Of a stretch of 64,000 bases of DNA, positions 1 to 9,977 are shown piece by piece. Source of the stretch: an uncultured Gammaproteobacteria bacterium. GTDB lineage: Bacteria > Patescibacteriota > Microgenomatia > UBA8517. Within the stretch, counting starts at the first letter, position 1. Each line of letters starts with the position of its first letter. Made by a program: the position numbers and the translations under genes. The stretch is taken from NCBI GenBank assembly GCA_964600575.1, contig CAZRJH010000004.1:70711-134710 (forward strand), in the 5' to 3' direction. The notes beneath the pieces were generated by a model. It made no database searches. It was not told the origin of the DNA and saw nothing but the letters and a program-made list of their open reading frames with translations.

Positions 1-255
1 TATAGCTCAAGTAATTTTTTTGGGAACGACAGCAATGATTATCGAAATTGTAGAAATATTTTAAACAAAGAATATTATTTATCTTGTTTTTCGGGTTATA
101 TTAAAAGGTTTATAGCCGTTAATGTAAGAAAACAGGATGATATTGTCTACAAACAAGAAGTTTGTGGCACAATTGATTTATCAGCCGAAGAGGCTAAGGT
201 TTGCCAACTTTTATTGGCTGACTTTATAAAAAACAATGAGACAGGTTTTAAATAA
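1..255 (+). CDS. 3' end of a Cys-rich exported protein, probably another paralog of the array (partial)
   Basis: Frame 1 is open from base 1 to TAA at 253-255 and reads ...YRNCRNILNKEYYLSCFSGYIKRF...EVCGTIDLSAEEAKVCQLLL..., the same paired-Cys spacing as the C-termini of downstream paralogs. It overlaps the next start by 20 bp. Confidence 0.75.
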   Translation, partial: YSSSNFFGNDSNDYRNCRNILNKEYYLSCFSGYIKRFIAVNVRKQDDIVYKQEVCGTIDLSAEEAKVCQLLLADFIKNNETGFK

Positions 256-1744
256 ATATAAATTTTGGCTAATGTTGGGATCTGCAACCCTGATTGTAAT
301 TTTTTGTTATGCATTTGTGCCCAGGGTCAAGCTAGTCAAAAGCGGTACGGTTGTTATTGCTTACGATACAAAAAAGGGGTTTATCCCCAGAGAAATTGTT
401 GTAGCCAAGGGTACGACTGTACGTTTCGAAAATGTTAGCGGCACTGCTTTTTGGCCCGCCAGCGATTTTTATCCCCAAAATTCTAATTATCCCGACTTTG
501 ACCCAAAAGGTGCGGTAGAGAACGGCAAGGGTTGGGAGTTTCGCTTTGACACCCCTGGCGAGTGGGCATATCACGATCATTTGAGGCCAATAGATAAAGG
601 TTTGGTGACGGTGGTTAACGGCGGAAGAATATATTTTGAAAAGAAAAGTACCTGTGGAGATATGGATAAGCTTAGTTACAGTCAAAAACAGCTTTGTTGG
701 TATAACCAGATTAAGTCATCTGTAAAGTCAGGGGGTGTTTCTAAGGCACTTAGCCTTTTTAAAGATCTATACAATAAAGAATCATCTTTTTCCCAGGGTT
801 GTCACGATGCAATGCATTTGATTGGTGACGAGGCATACAGAGAGCATTTAAAGGGTAATAAATTTGATTTTACAGTTGAAACGACATATTGCGGCTATGG
901 TTTTTATCACGGTTTTATAGAAGCAATGCTTTATACCAAGGGGGATTATGAAGAGGTTACGAAATTCTGTGAAGACACAAAGACTAATCTTAAAACCGAC
1001 ATTGAATCACCAAATGCAATTTATTCGTGCTATCACGGAATAGGTCATTCTACTTTTGATGCTCACGATCCTTCTTCCTGGGGAAGCGAGGAAAAAATGG
1101 TAACCCCTGCCATAAAAACATGCGAAAGAATTACCTCAGGCTTTTCGGAAGAAAAGACCAAGCAATGTATTACCGGGGTGTTTAATGCGTTAGGGATAGC
1201 TTATTCAAGTGGGTTGTATAAGTTTAAATTAAATATGAAAGACCCGGTTTGGTACTGTAGACCCTTAAAAGAAAATTATAAAAAAGCCTGTTTTATCGAA
1301 GTTTCAATGGCATATGTAAACTCTCAGCTAGGGGGATATGACTTCAAATTTTCCGAAGGAGCCAATTTTATAGCAGGTCTTAAAGACCCAGTTGGTGAAG
1401 AGGCGGCAATGTTTGCCTTATCGTCTGAATTTTCTAGACTTCACTTGTCGGATTTTACAAATTCTCGGCTTTTAGGTAATTGTGAAACTGTTAAATCTGG
1501 CTTATTTGACTCCTGCTTGCAAGGTGTAGAACTTGCACTTTTAAATTGGGGCAAGCCGGGTGAGGAGTATAAAAGAGCACTGTTGTTGTGTTCTGATCAA
1601 AAATTGAACAGCAAAAACAAAGAAAAGTGTTTGACTTATATATTTAACAATCTCCCTAGTCTTTACTCGAAAAATAAAAGAACTGAAATTTGTCAAAATG
1701 AAGTGGAGGAGAACTTTAGGGAAAGTTGTATAAATATTAATTAA
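236..1744 (+). CDS. Membrane-anchored cupredoxin-like domain fused to Cys/His-rich helical domain
   Basis: N-terminal TM helix. Cupredoxin-type strands (GFIPREIVVAKGTTVRFEN...WPASD...FDTPGEWAYHDHL...GLVTV), then CHDAMH, CGYGFYHG, CYHGIGH and CITGVFN motifs. Confidence 0.85.
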   Translation: MRQVLNKYKFWLMLGSATLIVIFCYAFVPRVKLVKSGTVVIAYDTKKGFIPREIVVAKGTTVRFENVSGTAFWPASDFYPQNSNYPDFDPKGAVENGKGWEFRFDTPGEWAYHDHLRPIDKGLVTVVNGGRIYFEKKSTCGDMDKLSYSQKQLCWYNQIKSSVKSGGVSKALSLFKDLYNKESSFSQGCHDAMHLIGDEAYREHLKGNKFDFTVETTYCGYGFYHGFIEAMLYTKGDYEEVTKFCEDTKTNLKTDIESPNAIYSCYHGIGHSTFDAHDPSSWGSEEKMVTPAIKTCERITSGFSEEKTKQCITGVFNALGIAYSSGLYKFKLNMKDPVWYCRPLKENYKKACFIEVSMAYVNSQLGGYDFKFSEGANFIAGLKDPVGEEAAMFALSSEFSRLHLSDFTNSRLLGNCETVKSGLFDSCLQGVELALLNWGKPGEEYKRALLLCSDQKLNSKNKEKCLTYIFNNLPSLYSKNKRTEICQNEVEENFRESCININ

Positions 1745-1748
1745 CCAA

Positions 1749-2984
1749 ATGAAAAAAATAATAAATATATTCAAATACTTAGTATTAGCTTCACTACTAA
1801 CCCTTGTTTCTTGGTATTTTATAGTTGTACAAAGCGGAAATATTTTGGTGTCAGGTGGTAAAGGGCTCACATACTTTGCCAGCAAAATAACAAAAATATG
1901 TTCCACCAGTGCTTATAGACCGGCATGCTATGACAAGGAAATACCAAAGCTGGTTGCAAAAAATCTGATTTCCATGGAAGATGCGTTTTCTGTAACTTCT
2001 ATCATTCAAAAAAACGATAGAGAATACTTGTATTGCCATATCTTGGGTCATAATTTGGCGGATGAAGAAACCAAGAAGGACCCGGATAAGTGGTTAGATG
2101 TTATAACACGATGTCCTGCTCTTGCTTGTAATAACGGTTGTGCGCACGGGGCGATAATGAGGAAATTTAAAGGAACGGAGATATTAAGTAATTCTCAGAT
2201 CGCAGAAATAATGCCAGATTTATCTATTGCCTGCGAGCCGAGAGATTCCTGGCTTCCGACCGAACTCGAAAGATCGATGTGTTATCACTCGCTTGGACAT
2301 TTAGGACTTTATATTACCGGCGCAGATATTGATAAGTCCCTTGAAATATGCAAAAAGGTCGGTATTAAAAGTGACGGCAGAAGTTACTATCAGACCTGTG
2401 CGTCAGGTGTTTTTATGCTTATCTTTCAGGCCTTGGATGATGACGATGCTGCCCTTGTAGCCAATGTAAAACCCGCCAAAGACCAGGTTGTTAGATTTTG
2501 TTCTAGGTATCAAGGTTTAGAAAATACCGCATGTCGTACAGAATCTTGGCCTTACTTTTTTGACGAATTTGCAAAACCCGAAGGACTGGTCAAATTTTGT
2601 AGTTTTACTTCAGATAAATATTTTCGCAATTGGTGTTTTGATACCGGTCTCAGAGGCGGATTAACTTTAAAAATACTTCAGACCCAAGGCCCAGATGGTG
2701 TTTCTAGATATTGTGCAGGTTTGCCCGAAGACATTAAAGGTAGGTGTTTTGCCTCAGTGGCAAATAGCTGGGTTCAGGATGAACCAAACTACATTAGTGA
2801 CTCAGTGGCACTATGCAAGGCTGCGGAAAAGTATGGTTTTTCTGAAGAATGCTATAACGGCCTTTTGTATTTTTCAAAATTTAGTTTCAATAAAGGGTCA
2901 GACTTATGGAAAAATTATTGCAACGAATTTCCTGAAAACTATAAAACCAGATGTTTTTCCGGAGACACCCCCGAAGGTTGGTAG
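1749..2984 (+). CDS. Membrane-anchored Cys/His-rich protein (array paralog)
   Basis: N-terminal TM; CHILGH, CNNGCAHG, CYHSLGH, CASGVFM. Confidence 0.85.
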   Translation: MKKIINIFKYLVLASLLTLVSWYFIVVQSGNILVSGGKGLTYFASKITKICSTSAYRPACYDKEIPKLVAKNLISMEDAFSVTSIIQKNDREYLYCHILGHNLADEETKKDPDKWLDVITRCPALACNNGCAHGAIMRKFKGTEILSNSQIAEIMPDLSIACEPRDSWLPTELERSMCYHSLGHLGLYITGADIDKSLEICKKVGIKSDGRSYYQTCASGVFMLIFQALDDDDAALVANVKPAKDQVVRFCSRYQGLENTACRTESWPYFFDEFAKPEGLVKFCSFTSDKYFRNWCFDTGLRGGLTLKILQTQGPDGVSRYCAGLPEDIKGRCFASVANSWVQDEPNYISDSVALCKAAEKYGFSEECYNGLLYFSKFSFNKGSDLWKNYCNEFPENYKTRCFSGDTPEGW

Positions 2985-2990
2985 CAACTT

Positions 2991-4484
2991 ATGCCTTTTA
3001 AATTAACCAGACTCCATGTTTTAACTTTTGCAGTTCTGTCAGTTGTTCTTTTTTATTTTTTCACTACTAAAGTAAGTCTTTTTTCTCGGAATGTGGTATA
3101 TCTGACAAACGACGGATTTGTGCCATTTGGTATAAAAATAACTAAAGGTGAACCTGTAAGATTTATAAATAAAACCGATAAACCCTTTTGGCCAGCAAGC
3201 GATCCTCATCCGCAACATACTAATATTGCCGGATTTGATTCCAGTAAGGCGGTTTTGCCCAAAATGTTTTATGAGTATACATTTTCCGAGACGGGAAGTT
3301 TTAGATACCACAATCATTTAAACCCTAGTCAAAGAGGTGTCGTAAAAGTTTTGGAAACAGCAACCATCAGCGATGTTGATTGTAAAAATACAAGGGACCT
3401 ATATGAGCAAAAAGAGTGCTACTCAGGCGAACTTGCAGAAATTCAGACTTTAAAAGGAGAATTGTCTGCCCTAACACTTTTAGACAAGGTGGTTGAAGAA
3501 AATCCGGGCCTGCAAAGGGAATGTCACGATATGGCTCATTATATTGGCGAAGAAAGTTATTGGTCCTATTCTAAATCCAAAAAAATTATCAAGTCGGATA
3601 AAATTTCGATTTGCGGTTTTGGCTATGTTCATGGTTTTATGCAGGAATTTGCCCACCATTCGGTTGATTTTTACTCTAAAAGTAAAGACCTTTGTGATTA
3701 TTTTGCAAAAGACATTACATACAATGGTACGAAATGGGATATTGAGCCGGGTGATACTTGCTACAACGGTGTGGGGCACGGAGTAGTGTTTCTAAATTAC
3801 GATGACTATTCTGATAACTTAGCGCTTCTGGCTAAGGTCTCTGCAAACAAGTGTGCAGACATAAGTAACGACCCAAAAAGTCTGGACCACTGCTACCAAG
3901 GTGTTTTTAGCGGCATTTCCGGTTTATATCTTGGTACACACGGATATTTGATTCCGCTTGATGAGGAGCCGCTTAAACTTTGCACTAGTTTTGAACGAGA
4001 TTTTCGTGAGCGTTGTTTAGGAAACATGATTCCTGTTGTTGGTGTTCTTTATAACAGAGATTTGGAAAAACTTGCAAGAACAGTAAAAGGCTTTGATTTG
4101 AAGGATTCAGAATATGTATACAAGATGATTGGCAATATAGCCTCCAGTTGGTATGAGGCCGGTTATGCTAATTTGCAGTCTATCGAGAGTTTTTGCGCCA
4201 AGTCGGATTACAGTTTAAGAAAATATTGTGCTAAAGGTTTTACCGAAGGCCTGGCTTATTATTCTGAGTTTGCGAATGCCTGGAAGACGGTTAAGCTTTT
4301 TTGTAGCAACCTTGGACTTTCGGATTACGACACGAATGAGTGTAAAATGAGTTTTTTCTTAGAGTTTGAAAACCTAAATAGCGAAATGATTGAAAACAAT
4401 TTAAAAAGTTTGGATAAAAAAGACTTCCAATTTGTTTGCGGAAATAACATAATCAGTAAATATTGTTCGTATTCGAACAATTGA
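2991..4484 (+). CDS. Membrane-anchored cupredoxin-like domain fused to Cys/His-rich domain
   Basis: TM; WPASDPHPQH...GSFRYHNHLNP...GVVKV; then CHDMAH, CGFGYVHG, CYNGVGH, CYQGVFS. Confidence 0.85.
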   Translation: MPFKLTRLHVLTFAVLSVVLFYFFTTKVSLFSRNVVYLTNDGFVPFGIKITKGEPVRFINKTDKPFWPASDPHPQHTNIAGFDSSKAVLPKMFYEYTFSETGSFRYHNHLNPSQRGVVKVLETATISDVDCKNTRDLYEQKECYSGELAEIQTLKGELSALTLLDKVVEENPGLQRECHDMAHYIGEESYWSYSKSKKIIKSDKISICGFGYVHGFMQEFAHHSVDFYSKSKDLCDYFAKDITYNGTKWDIEPGDTCYNGVGHGVVFLNYDDYSDNLALLAKVSANKCADISNDPKSLDHCYQGVFSGISGLYLGTHGYLIPLDEEPLKLCTSFERDFRERCLGNMIPVVGVLYNRDLEKLARTVKGFDLKDSEYVYKMIGNIASSWYEAGYANLQSIESFCAKSDYSLRKYCAKGFTEGLAYYSEFANAWKTVKLFCSNLGLSDYDTNECKMSFFLEFENLNSEMIENNLKSLDKKDFQFVCGNNIISKYCSYSNN

Positions 4485-4486
4485 AT

Positions 4487-5710
4487 ATGAATCTAAAAAT
4501 CTATAGTCTGGCTGTTTTTATAATTGCGGTTTCCACTTTTAATTTTTTCTTAAAAAAGGACCCACCCCTGGTTTTTAAAGATAATGCGGTTGTTTTTTTT
4601 ACAGAACAGATACTAAAACGATGTTTACAGGAGAATTTTAGAAGAGGTTGTTACGATCGAGAAATTCCTAAGATTTTAGAAAAAGGCTACCTTTCTATGG
4701 AAGACGCTTTTGCAGTGACTAACGAAATCCAAAAAAGAGATACAGCCTACTTATACTGCCATACTCTAGGGCATCAACTTGCCGATATGGAAACAAAAAA
4801 AGATGTCGATAAGTGGTTAGACGTAATCGCCAGGTGTCCCAACTCTGCCTGCAACGGCGGATGCGCGCACGGAGCAGTTGTAAGGCGTTTTAAAGGTAGC
4901 GAAACCTTGACTGATTCTCAGATTGATACTATCCTTCCCGAACTTAAAATCGCTTGCGAACCAAGAAGTAAATGGCAACCCTCCGGACTTGAAATATCGC
5001 TTTGTTACCATTCGATAGGTCATCTTGGAATGTACATAACCGATGCAGACATAGATAGGTCGTTGGAGCTGTGTCGTAAAATAACAAAAAAAGACGATGG
5101 TAGAGATTATTACCGTACCTGTGCACAGGGTGTGTTTATGATAATTTTTCAGGCAAGGGATAACGATGATGTGGCGCTGGTCTCAAAAATAGTTCCCAAA
5201 AAAGAAGATGTGGAAAAATTTTGCTCTAGGTACAACGGCGAAAACCTGGTTGCCTGTAGAATTGAGTCTTGGCCGTTTTTCTCCGACGATTTGAGGTCCG
5301 CTCAAGGTCTTACAAAATTTTGCAGTTTTACGAATGTCCCCGATTTTAGAAAATGGTGTTTTGATGATTCAGGAATGAGGGGTGGTTTATCAATCGAGAT
5401 TTTGCAGTCTAAAGGTGTGGAAGGGGTTGGGGTATATTGCAGCTCATTTCCAAGTGATATAAGCGGTCGTTGTTTTGGGTCTGTGGCAACTGCGTGGGTG
5501 CAAGATGAACCCGGGGCTTTGACAAATGCTGTTTTGTTATGCAACCAGGCTGACAAATATGGATACTATAACGAGTGTTTTTCCTCTCTTGCATCATACG
5601 GGAAATTTCGTTTAAATTTTGGAAGCAGAGATTTGTCTAGTTATTGCAATAGTCTACCAACTGAGTTCTCAGGAATTTGTCAAGATAAAAATTACGAAGG
5701 TAAATGGTAA
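4487..5710 (+). CDS. Membrane-anchored Cys/His-rich protein, close paralog of 1749-2984
   Basis: Likely start is ATG 4487 (MNLKIYSL), 2 bp after the upstream TGA. CHTLGH, CNGGCAHG, CYHSIGH, CAQGVFM; long blocks match ORF 1749. Confidence 0.85.
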   Translation: MNLKIYSLAVFIIAVSTFNFFLKKDPPLVFKDNAVVFFTEQILKRCLQENFRRGCYDREIPKILEKGYLSMEDAFAVTNEIQKRDTAYLYCHTLGHQLADMETKKDVDKWLDVIARCPNSACNGGCAHGAVVRRFKGSETLTDSQIDTILPELKIACEPRSKWQPSGLEISLCYHSIGHLGMYITDADIDRSLELCRKITKKDDGRDYYRTCAQGVFMIIFQARDNDDVALVSKIVPKKEDVEKFCSRYNGENLVACRIESWPFFSDDLRSAQGLTKFCSFTNVPDFRKWCFDDSGMRGGLSIEILQSKGVEGVGVYCSSFPSDISGRCFGSVATAWVQDEPGALTNAVLLCNQADKYGYYNECFSSLASYGKFRLNFGSRDLSSYCNSLPTEFSGICQDKNYEGKW

Positions 5711-6876
5711 AAATAAAAATAGATTATAAATTTGTTTTTGGAATCTTTTGGTCGGCATTTGTTTTTTGTTTGACAGGAATGCTGATTATTCTATTAACAA
5801 AGGATAGGTTTGGTATTAGTTCTAGATGCAGTTCTTTAAAAGAAGATGCCAAGAAGATCGAATGCTGGAAGAAAATAATTGACACGAACTTGGCAAGAGG
5901 AGATTTGGATGGCAGTATGAGCTTGGTTGCCGAGTTCTATCAAATAGATTCTGTTTTTGCTGCAAACTGCCATGATTTTACGCATTCTGTTGGTAAAAAA
6001 GCATACGAGCTGTTTTCTAAAGGTGTTAAATTCCAGGTCGGAAGTAAAACATCTTACTGTGCTTATGGCATCTATCACGGTTTTATGGAAAATCTTGTCG
6101 CCAAGAGCGGTGATATACAAACTGCTAGGGACTTTTGTAGGCAGGTGGATGCCGAGCTTTCTAAAACATCGCCGGGGGCAAAATTTGCCTGCTATCACGG
6201 AATAGGCCACGGTTGGACTAATGTGCACGATAGTAAATTTTCAGGGGATGAACTCGCTATTATTAAACCGTCCTTGGCACTTTGCGAAAAAGTAACAGAT
6301 GATTCGGAGGAGCTAAAAATATGTGCCACCGGTGTATTCGACTCAATTTCAATCGGTTATTACAACAAGATTAATAATCTAGTAATGAATAAAAAAGATC
6401 CGTATTGGTTGTGTAAACTTCAGAGCGATAAATACAAGCAGTCTTGTTATATGGATATATCACCGGCAGTTTTGTGGTTGGGTGATTACAATTTAGATAA
6501 AGCCTTGGCGTTTGTGGCGACTGTAGAACCAAAGTTTAGAAGTTTAGTAACTAAAACACTTTCAGAAGATTCGGTGAGATTCATATTACGGGATAGTAAA
6601 AATATTGAGACACAAATAGATATTTGTAGAAAAATGGGTGGTGAGATGTCGGGTATGTGTATTAAGGGTATCGCTCAAGGATATCTTCAGTTTGGGCCGC
6701 CAAAAGAAGAGGAGAGGTTGGCTTTGATTTTTTGCGGCAACAACTATTTAACAGAAAACGAGAAACAATTATGTTATGGACAGCTATCACAAAGCGTTAA
6801 AATAATTTTACCCGATGAAAGATATAAAGAAGCTTGTTCTAAGATACCGGAGCAATACCAAGAAGTTTGTATTTAA
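5704..6876 (+). CDS. Membrane-anchored Cys/His-rich protein (array paralog)
   Basis: TM; CHDFTH, CAYGIYHG, CYHGIGHG, CATGVFD. Confidence 0.85.
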   Translation: MVKIKIDYKFVFGIFWSAFVFCLTGMLIILLTKDRFGISSRCSSLKEDAKKIECWKKIIDTNLARGDLDGSMSLVAEFYQIDSVFAANCHDFTHSVGKKAYELFSKGVKFQVGSKTSYCAYGIYHGFMENLVAKSGDIQTARDFCRQVDAELSKTSPGAKFACYHGIGHGWTNVHDSKFSGDELAIIKPSLALCEKVTDDSEELKICATGVFDSISIGYYNKINNLVMNKKDPYWLCKLQSDKYKQSCYMDISPAVLWLGDYNLDKALAFVATVEPKFRSLVTKTLSEDSVRFILRDSKNIETQIDICRKMGGEMSGMCIKGIAQGYLQFGPPKEEERLALIFCGNNYLTENEKQLCYGQLSQSVKIILPDERYKEACSKIPEQYQEVCI

Positions 6877-6886
6877 AAAAGAAATA

Positions 6887-7912
6887 TTGAAACATGTTTT
6901 GTTGACTCTGGGAATCAGCGCTTCGGTTTTTTTGTATGTAGCTGCAAAACCTTGGGATAAAAGCGATTGCAGAAGAAACATGAGATTGTACGGTTATAAG
7001 TTCTATCTGTCGTTTAATGAAGCTAAAAAACCGATTTTCCAGGTCCAAAACAACAACGACAAGTGCTATTACGAATTTTTTGAAGGAATACACAAAGCCT
7101 CGACCGTTTTTAGCCCAAACTATTCTAAGCTGGAGAAGGTTTGTTCATATATAAATAAGAGTTATCCCGTAAAAAGTTGGGACCAGTGCTATTTCAAAAT
7201 AGGCATAGCTTCAACCTACACCAAACGAGACACTGTTTATGATCTTCTGGATTTAGAAAAATTTATTGACAAACAAATTAAATTCTGTGAGAAATCAGGC
7301 AAACATGCCGGGGATTGTATTGTGGGTGTTTATACTGGGGTCAATTTGGCTTTTCAAAACAACGATAAAGATTCTGGATTCGGATTAATGAATGATCTGT
7401 TTTGGCCGTGCAAGACAGGCATGGGAAAAGCCTACAAGCTTCAGTGTTTCAGGGGCATGGTCTCGCTTTTATATGGATATACAAAAGGTGATTCAGCAAA
7501 AGCAAAGGAATTAATATTCGATAATCTTACAGACAAGTTTGAAAGGTTTGAGGTTACATTGACTTATTTTTCTAGTCTTGCGTATATAGACGAATATGAT
7601 CCCTATAAAGTTGCACGGCTTTGCACATCTATAGATGAAGGTTTTGTGAGATATGCTTGTATATTGGGTTATGCTACAGGGATTGACGAAGTTGCAGGAA
7701 ACGGCAATGAGGGCAAGGCTGTGGTTGATTTTTGTGTCAACGAATTGTTTTCGTTTAACGAAACAGGCGAATGTATAAGGCGAGGTTTTTTTGAACTACC
7801 CACAACTTGGAATATCGACTCTAAAAAGAAAATATGTTTGCAATTATCACCCATTAAATATAAAAACTATTGCGAGCTAAATATGGAAATGCCTAAAGCA
7901 GCTAAATTATGA
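6887..7912 (+). CDS. Cys-rich array paralog lacking the His ligands
   Basis: Start uncertain (ATG 6815 or TTG 6887, the latter just after the upstream stop and directly before the TM). Motifs read CRRNMRLYG, CYYEFFEG, CYFKIGI, CIVGVYTG. Confidence 0.75.
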   Translation: MKHVLLTLGISASVFLYVAAKPWDKSDCRRNMRLYGYKFYLSFNEAKKPIFQVQNNNDKCYYEFFEGIHKASTVFSPNYSKLEKVCSYINKSYPVKSWDQCYFKIGIASTYTKRDTVYDLLDLEKFIDKQIKFCEKSGKHAGDCIVGVYTGVNLAFQNNDKDSGFGLMNDLFWPCKTGMGKAYKLQCFRGMVSLLYGYTKGDSAKAKELIFDNLTDKFERFEVTLTYFSSLAYIDEYDPYKVARLCTSIDEGFVRYACILGYATGIDEVAGNGNEGKAVVDFCVNELFSFNETGECIRRGFFELPTTWNIDSKKKICLQLSPIKYKNYCELNMEMPKAAKL

Positions 7913-8910
7913 GGAAATTATTAACTGCAACTGTTCTTTTAATGTTGAGTTTTATTTTTATTGACTTTTCCGTTGATTCTCATTCTCAGTATTGTACTTA
8001 TTTGAACAAATATTCGGGTTTTAGGTTTTATGTTTTAGATACGTTGGGTATAAAAAGCAATTTTCCCGGTTCCACAAAAGCTGAAAGTTGTAAATTGGCT
8101 TTTTATAGGGGAGTTTATGAAGGAAATAAAATTATACCCGGATACGAAAGATTAGATACGGTATGTAAAAAGATAAACGCCAACTCTGGTTACAGACTTT
8201 GGGATGTTTGTTATTTTAATTTGGGAATCTCGGTTTTGTACTACAGAAACAACGAGAATGTTAATAATCAAAATCTTGTTTTGGACACGGAAAGCGGTAT
8301 TCGTTTTTGTGGCGGTACATCTAACAAGTTGAGTTGTATCGCAGGTGTATTTACGGGAATCAATTGGTTTTTAACTGACAACCCGAAATATAAACCGATT
8401 CAAGAAAACCCCGTGTGGATTTGCCAATCTTTAAAATATCCCGATTATAAGTTGCAATGCATGCGAAACTTAATTTCTTATCTATACAGTTACTCGGGTG
8501 GTAATTTGGAAAAATCGTTACTAATAATTGAACAAAATTCATCGAACATCTTTGAAAAATATGAGGCTTCTCACACGTTGTTTTCTAGCTTAGCTTTTAC
8601 TGACGACTTTACCGAAGAAGCTGTCAAAAAGATTTGTGTCGACTACAAAGAAAGATGGTTAAAAATGGCTTGTGTTTCCGGATATGCAAATGGAATAACC
8701 GAGACTGCCGTAATCGGTACTGAGGCGAAACGTATTTTGAATTATTGCGGATCAAATATTTTTTCCTTTGAGGATAAAGCTGAATGTTACAGAAGAGCCT
8801 TTTCCGAAATTCCAGGTTTTGACAAAAAAGCTAACTGTTTGGTTAATGTGCCTGAAAATTTTAAACATGTCTGTCGTCTGGTAGAAGAAGTTGTCCCAGT
8901 ACCTCAATAA
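7909..8910 (+). CDS. Cys-rich array paralog lacking the His ligands
   Basis: Signal/TM; CTYLNKYSG, CKLAFYRG, CYFNLGI, CIAGVFTG. Most similar by eye to the preceding ORF (YKLQC.R...S.LY.Y..G). Confidence 0.8.
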   Translation: MRKLLTATVLLMLSFIFIDFSVDSHSQYCTYLNKYSGFRFYVLDTLGIKSNFPGSTKAESCKLAFYRGVYEGNKIIPGYERLDTVCKKINANSGYRLWDVCYFNLGISVLYYRNNENVNNQNLVLDTESGIRFCGGTSNKLSCIAGVFTGINWFLTDNPKYKPIQENPVWICQSLKYPDYKLQCMRNLISYLYSYSGGNLEKSLLIIEQNSSNIFEKYEASHTLFSSLAFTDDFTEEAVKKICVDYKERWLKMACVSGYANGITETAVIGTEAKRILNYCGSNIFSFEDKAECYRRAFSEIPGFDKKANCLVNVPENFKHVCRLVEEVVPVPQ

Positions 8911-9977
8911 TGAAAAAAATAGTTTCACTTTTGATTTTGATTATCGGCATATTCTTGTATTTTTTTGGAGTTGGCAACAAAGAGTTTCAAAACAGGATTT
9001 TTACAAAGTGCAAAGAGGATAATTTCCCTAGAATTTGTCAAGAAAAAGAAGTGTCGGAAGTTTTACAAAAAAGAGGCACACATTTTGCATTTGTTGCCAC
9101 AGAATATCTTAAAAAGGCTGATCCCGAATTTGGGCCTTCTTGTCACGGCTTTGTTCATGGGTTGGGAGTTTCCGCGTATAAAATGATCCTAGAGGAAAAA
9201 AATGTTTTTGCTAAGCCTGTTTCCGCTTGTGATTATGGCTTTTATCACGGACTAATGATGGAGATTGCTATGCATTCAAGAGACGACAGAAATAAAGGAT
9301 TTGCCTTAGCCGACAAACTCTGTCAGCGGTTTTTCAAATTATCCAATAAAGATAACTCGATTTATTATCAATGTTATCATGGGATAGGGCACGGGCTTCC
9401 GTTGGCGATAACCGACTACAGACCGGAAAGCGTGGCGAGCGTCTTGGATCAAAGTCTCAAATACTGTGATGATTATTTTGACGGGAAAGAGTTTTGTAAG
9501 GTTGGTGTATATGGAGGGTTTGTTTCTTTTTTGACGGGTGAGCACAACTTGAGAATCGAAGGCTTTGAGGTTGATGATATGTTGGATATATGTTCCAGGC
9601 AAGACAGTTCAATGAAGCCATACTGTTACGAGATGGCAGCGCCAGCACTTTTGTTTTCGTTTGACGACAATGTATATAAATCAGTTGATGCTATGAATCG
9701 GGCAATTGCAGAGGACTCAGATAAAATATTGATGGCAAGGCAAATTGGACAGGCGATTCTAACTTATAAATATGACGCAACAGCACAGGACCTTAAATCT
9801 ATTTGTGGGAAAGTAAGCGGCAAAAGCCATTATAGTTGTATCGAGGGCTTTATGAACGCATTCCTAGATTCCAGGCCAGATAAAAATATTAAAAAAACCG
9901 CTGAAGTTTTTTGTAAATCCGCTAACTTTGACATCTTGGAAACAGAGTCTTGTTTAGGACCGCTCAAATATATATGA
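8910..9977 (+). CDS. Membrane-anchored Cys/His-rich protein (array paralog)
   Basis: TAATG coupling; TM; CHGFVH, CDYGFYHG, CYHGIGHG, CKVGVYG. Confidence 0.85.
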   Translation: MKKIVSLLILIIGIFLYFFGVGNKEFQNRIFTKCKEDNFPRICQEKEVSEVLQKRGTHFAFVATEYLKKADPEFGPSCHGFVHGLGVSAYKMILEEKNVFAKPVSACDYGFYHGLMMEIAMHSRDDRNKGFALADKLCQRFFKLSNKDNSIYYQCYHGIGHGLPLAITDYRPESVASVLDQSLKYCDDYFDGKEFCKVGVYGGFVSFLTGEHNLRIEGFEVDDMLDICSRQDSSMKPYCYEMAAPALLFSFDDNVYKSVDAMNRAIAEDSDKILMARQIGQAILTYKYDATAQDLKSICGKVSGKSHYSCIEGFMNAFLDSRPDKNIKKTAEVFCKSANFDILETESCLGPLKYI

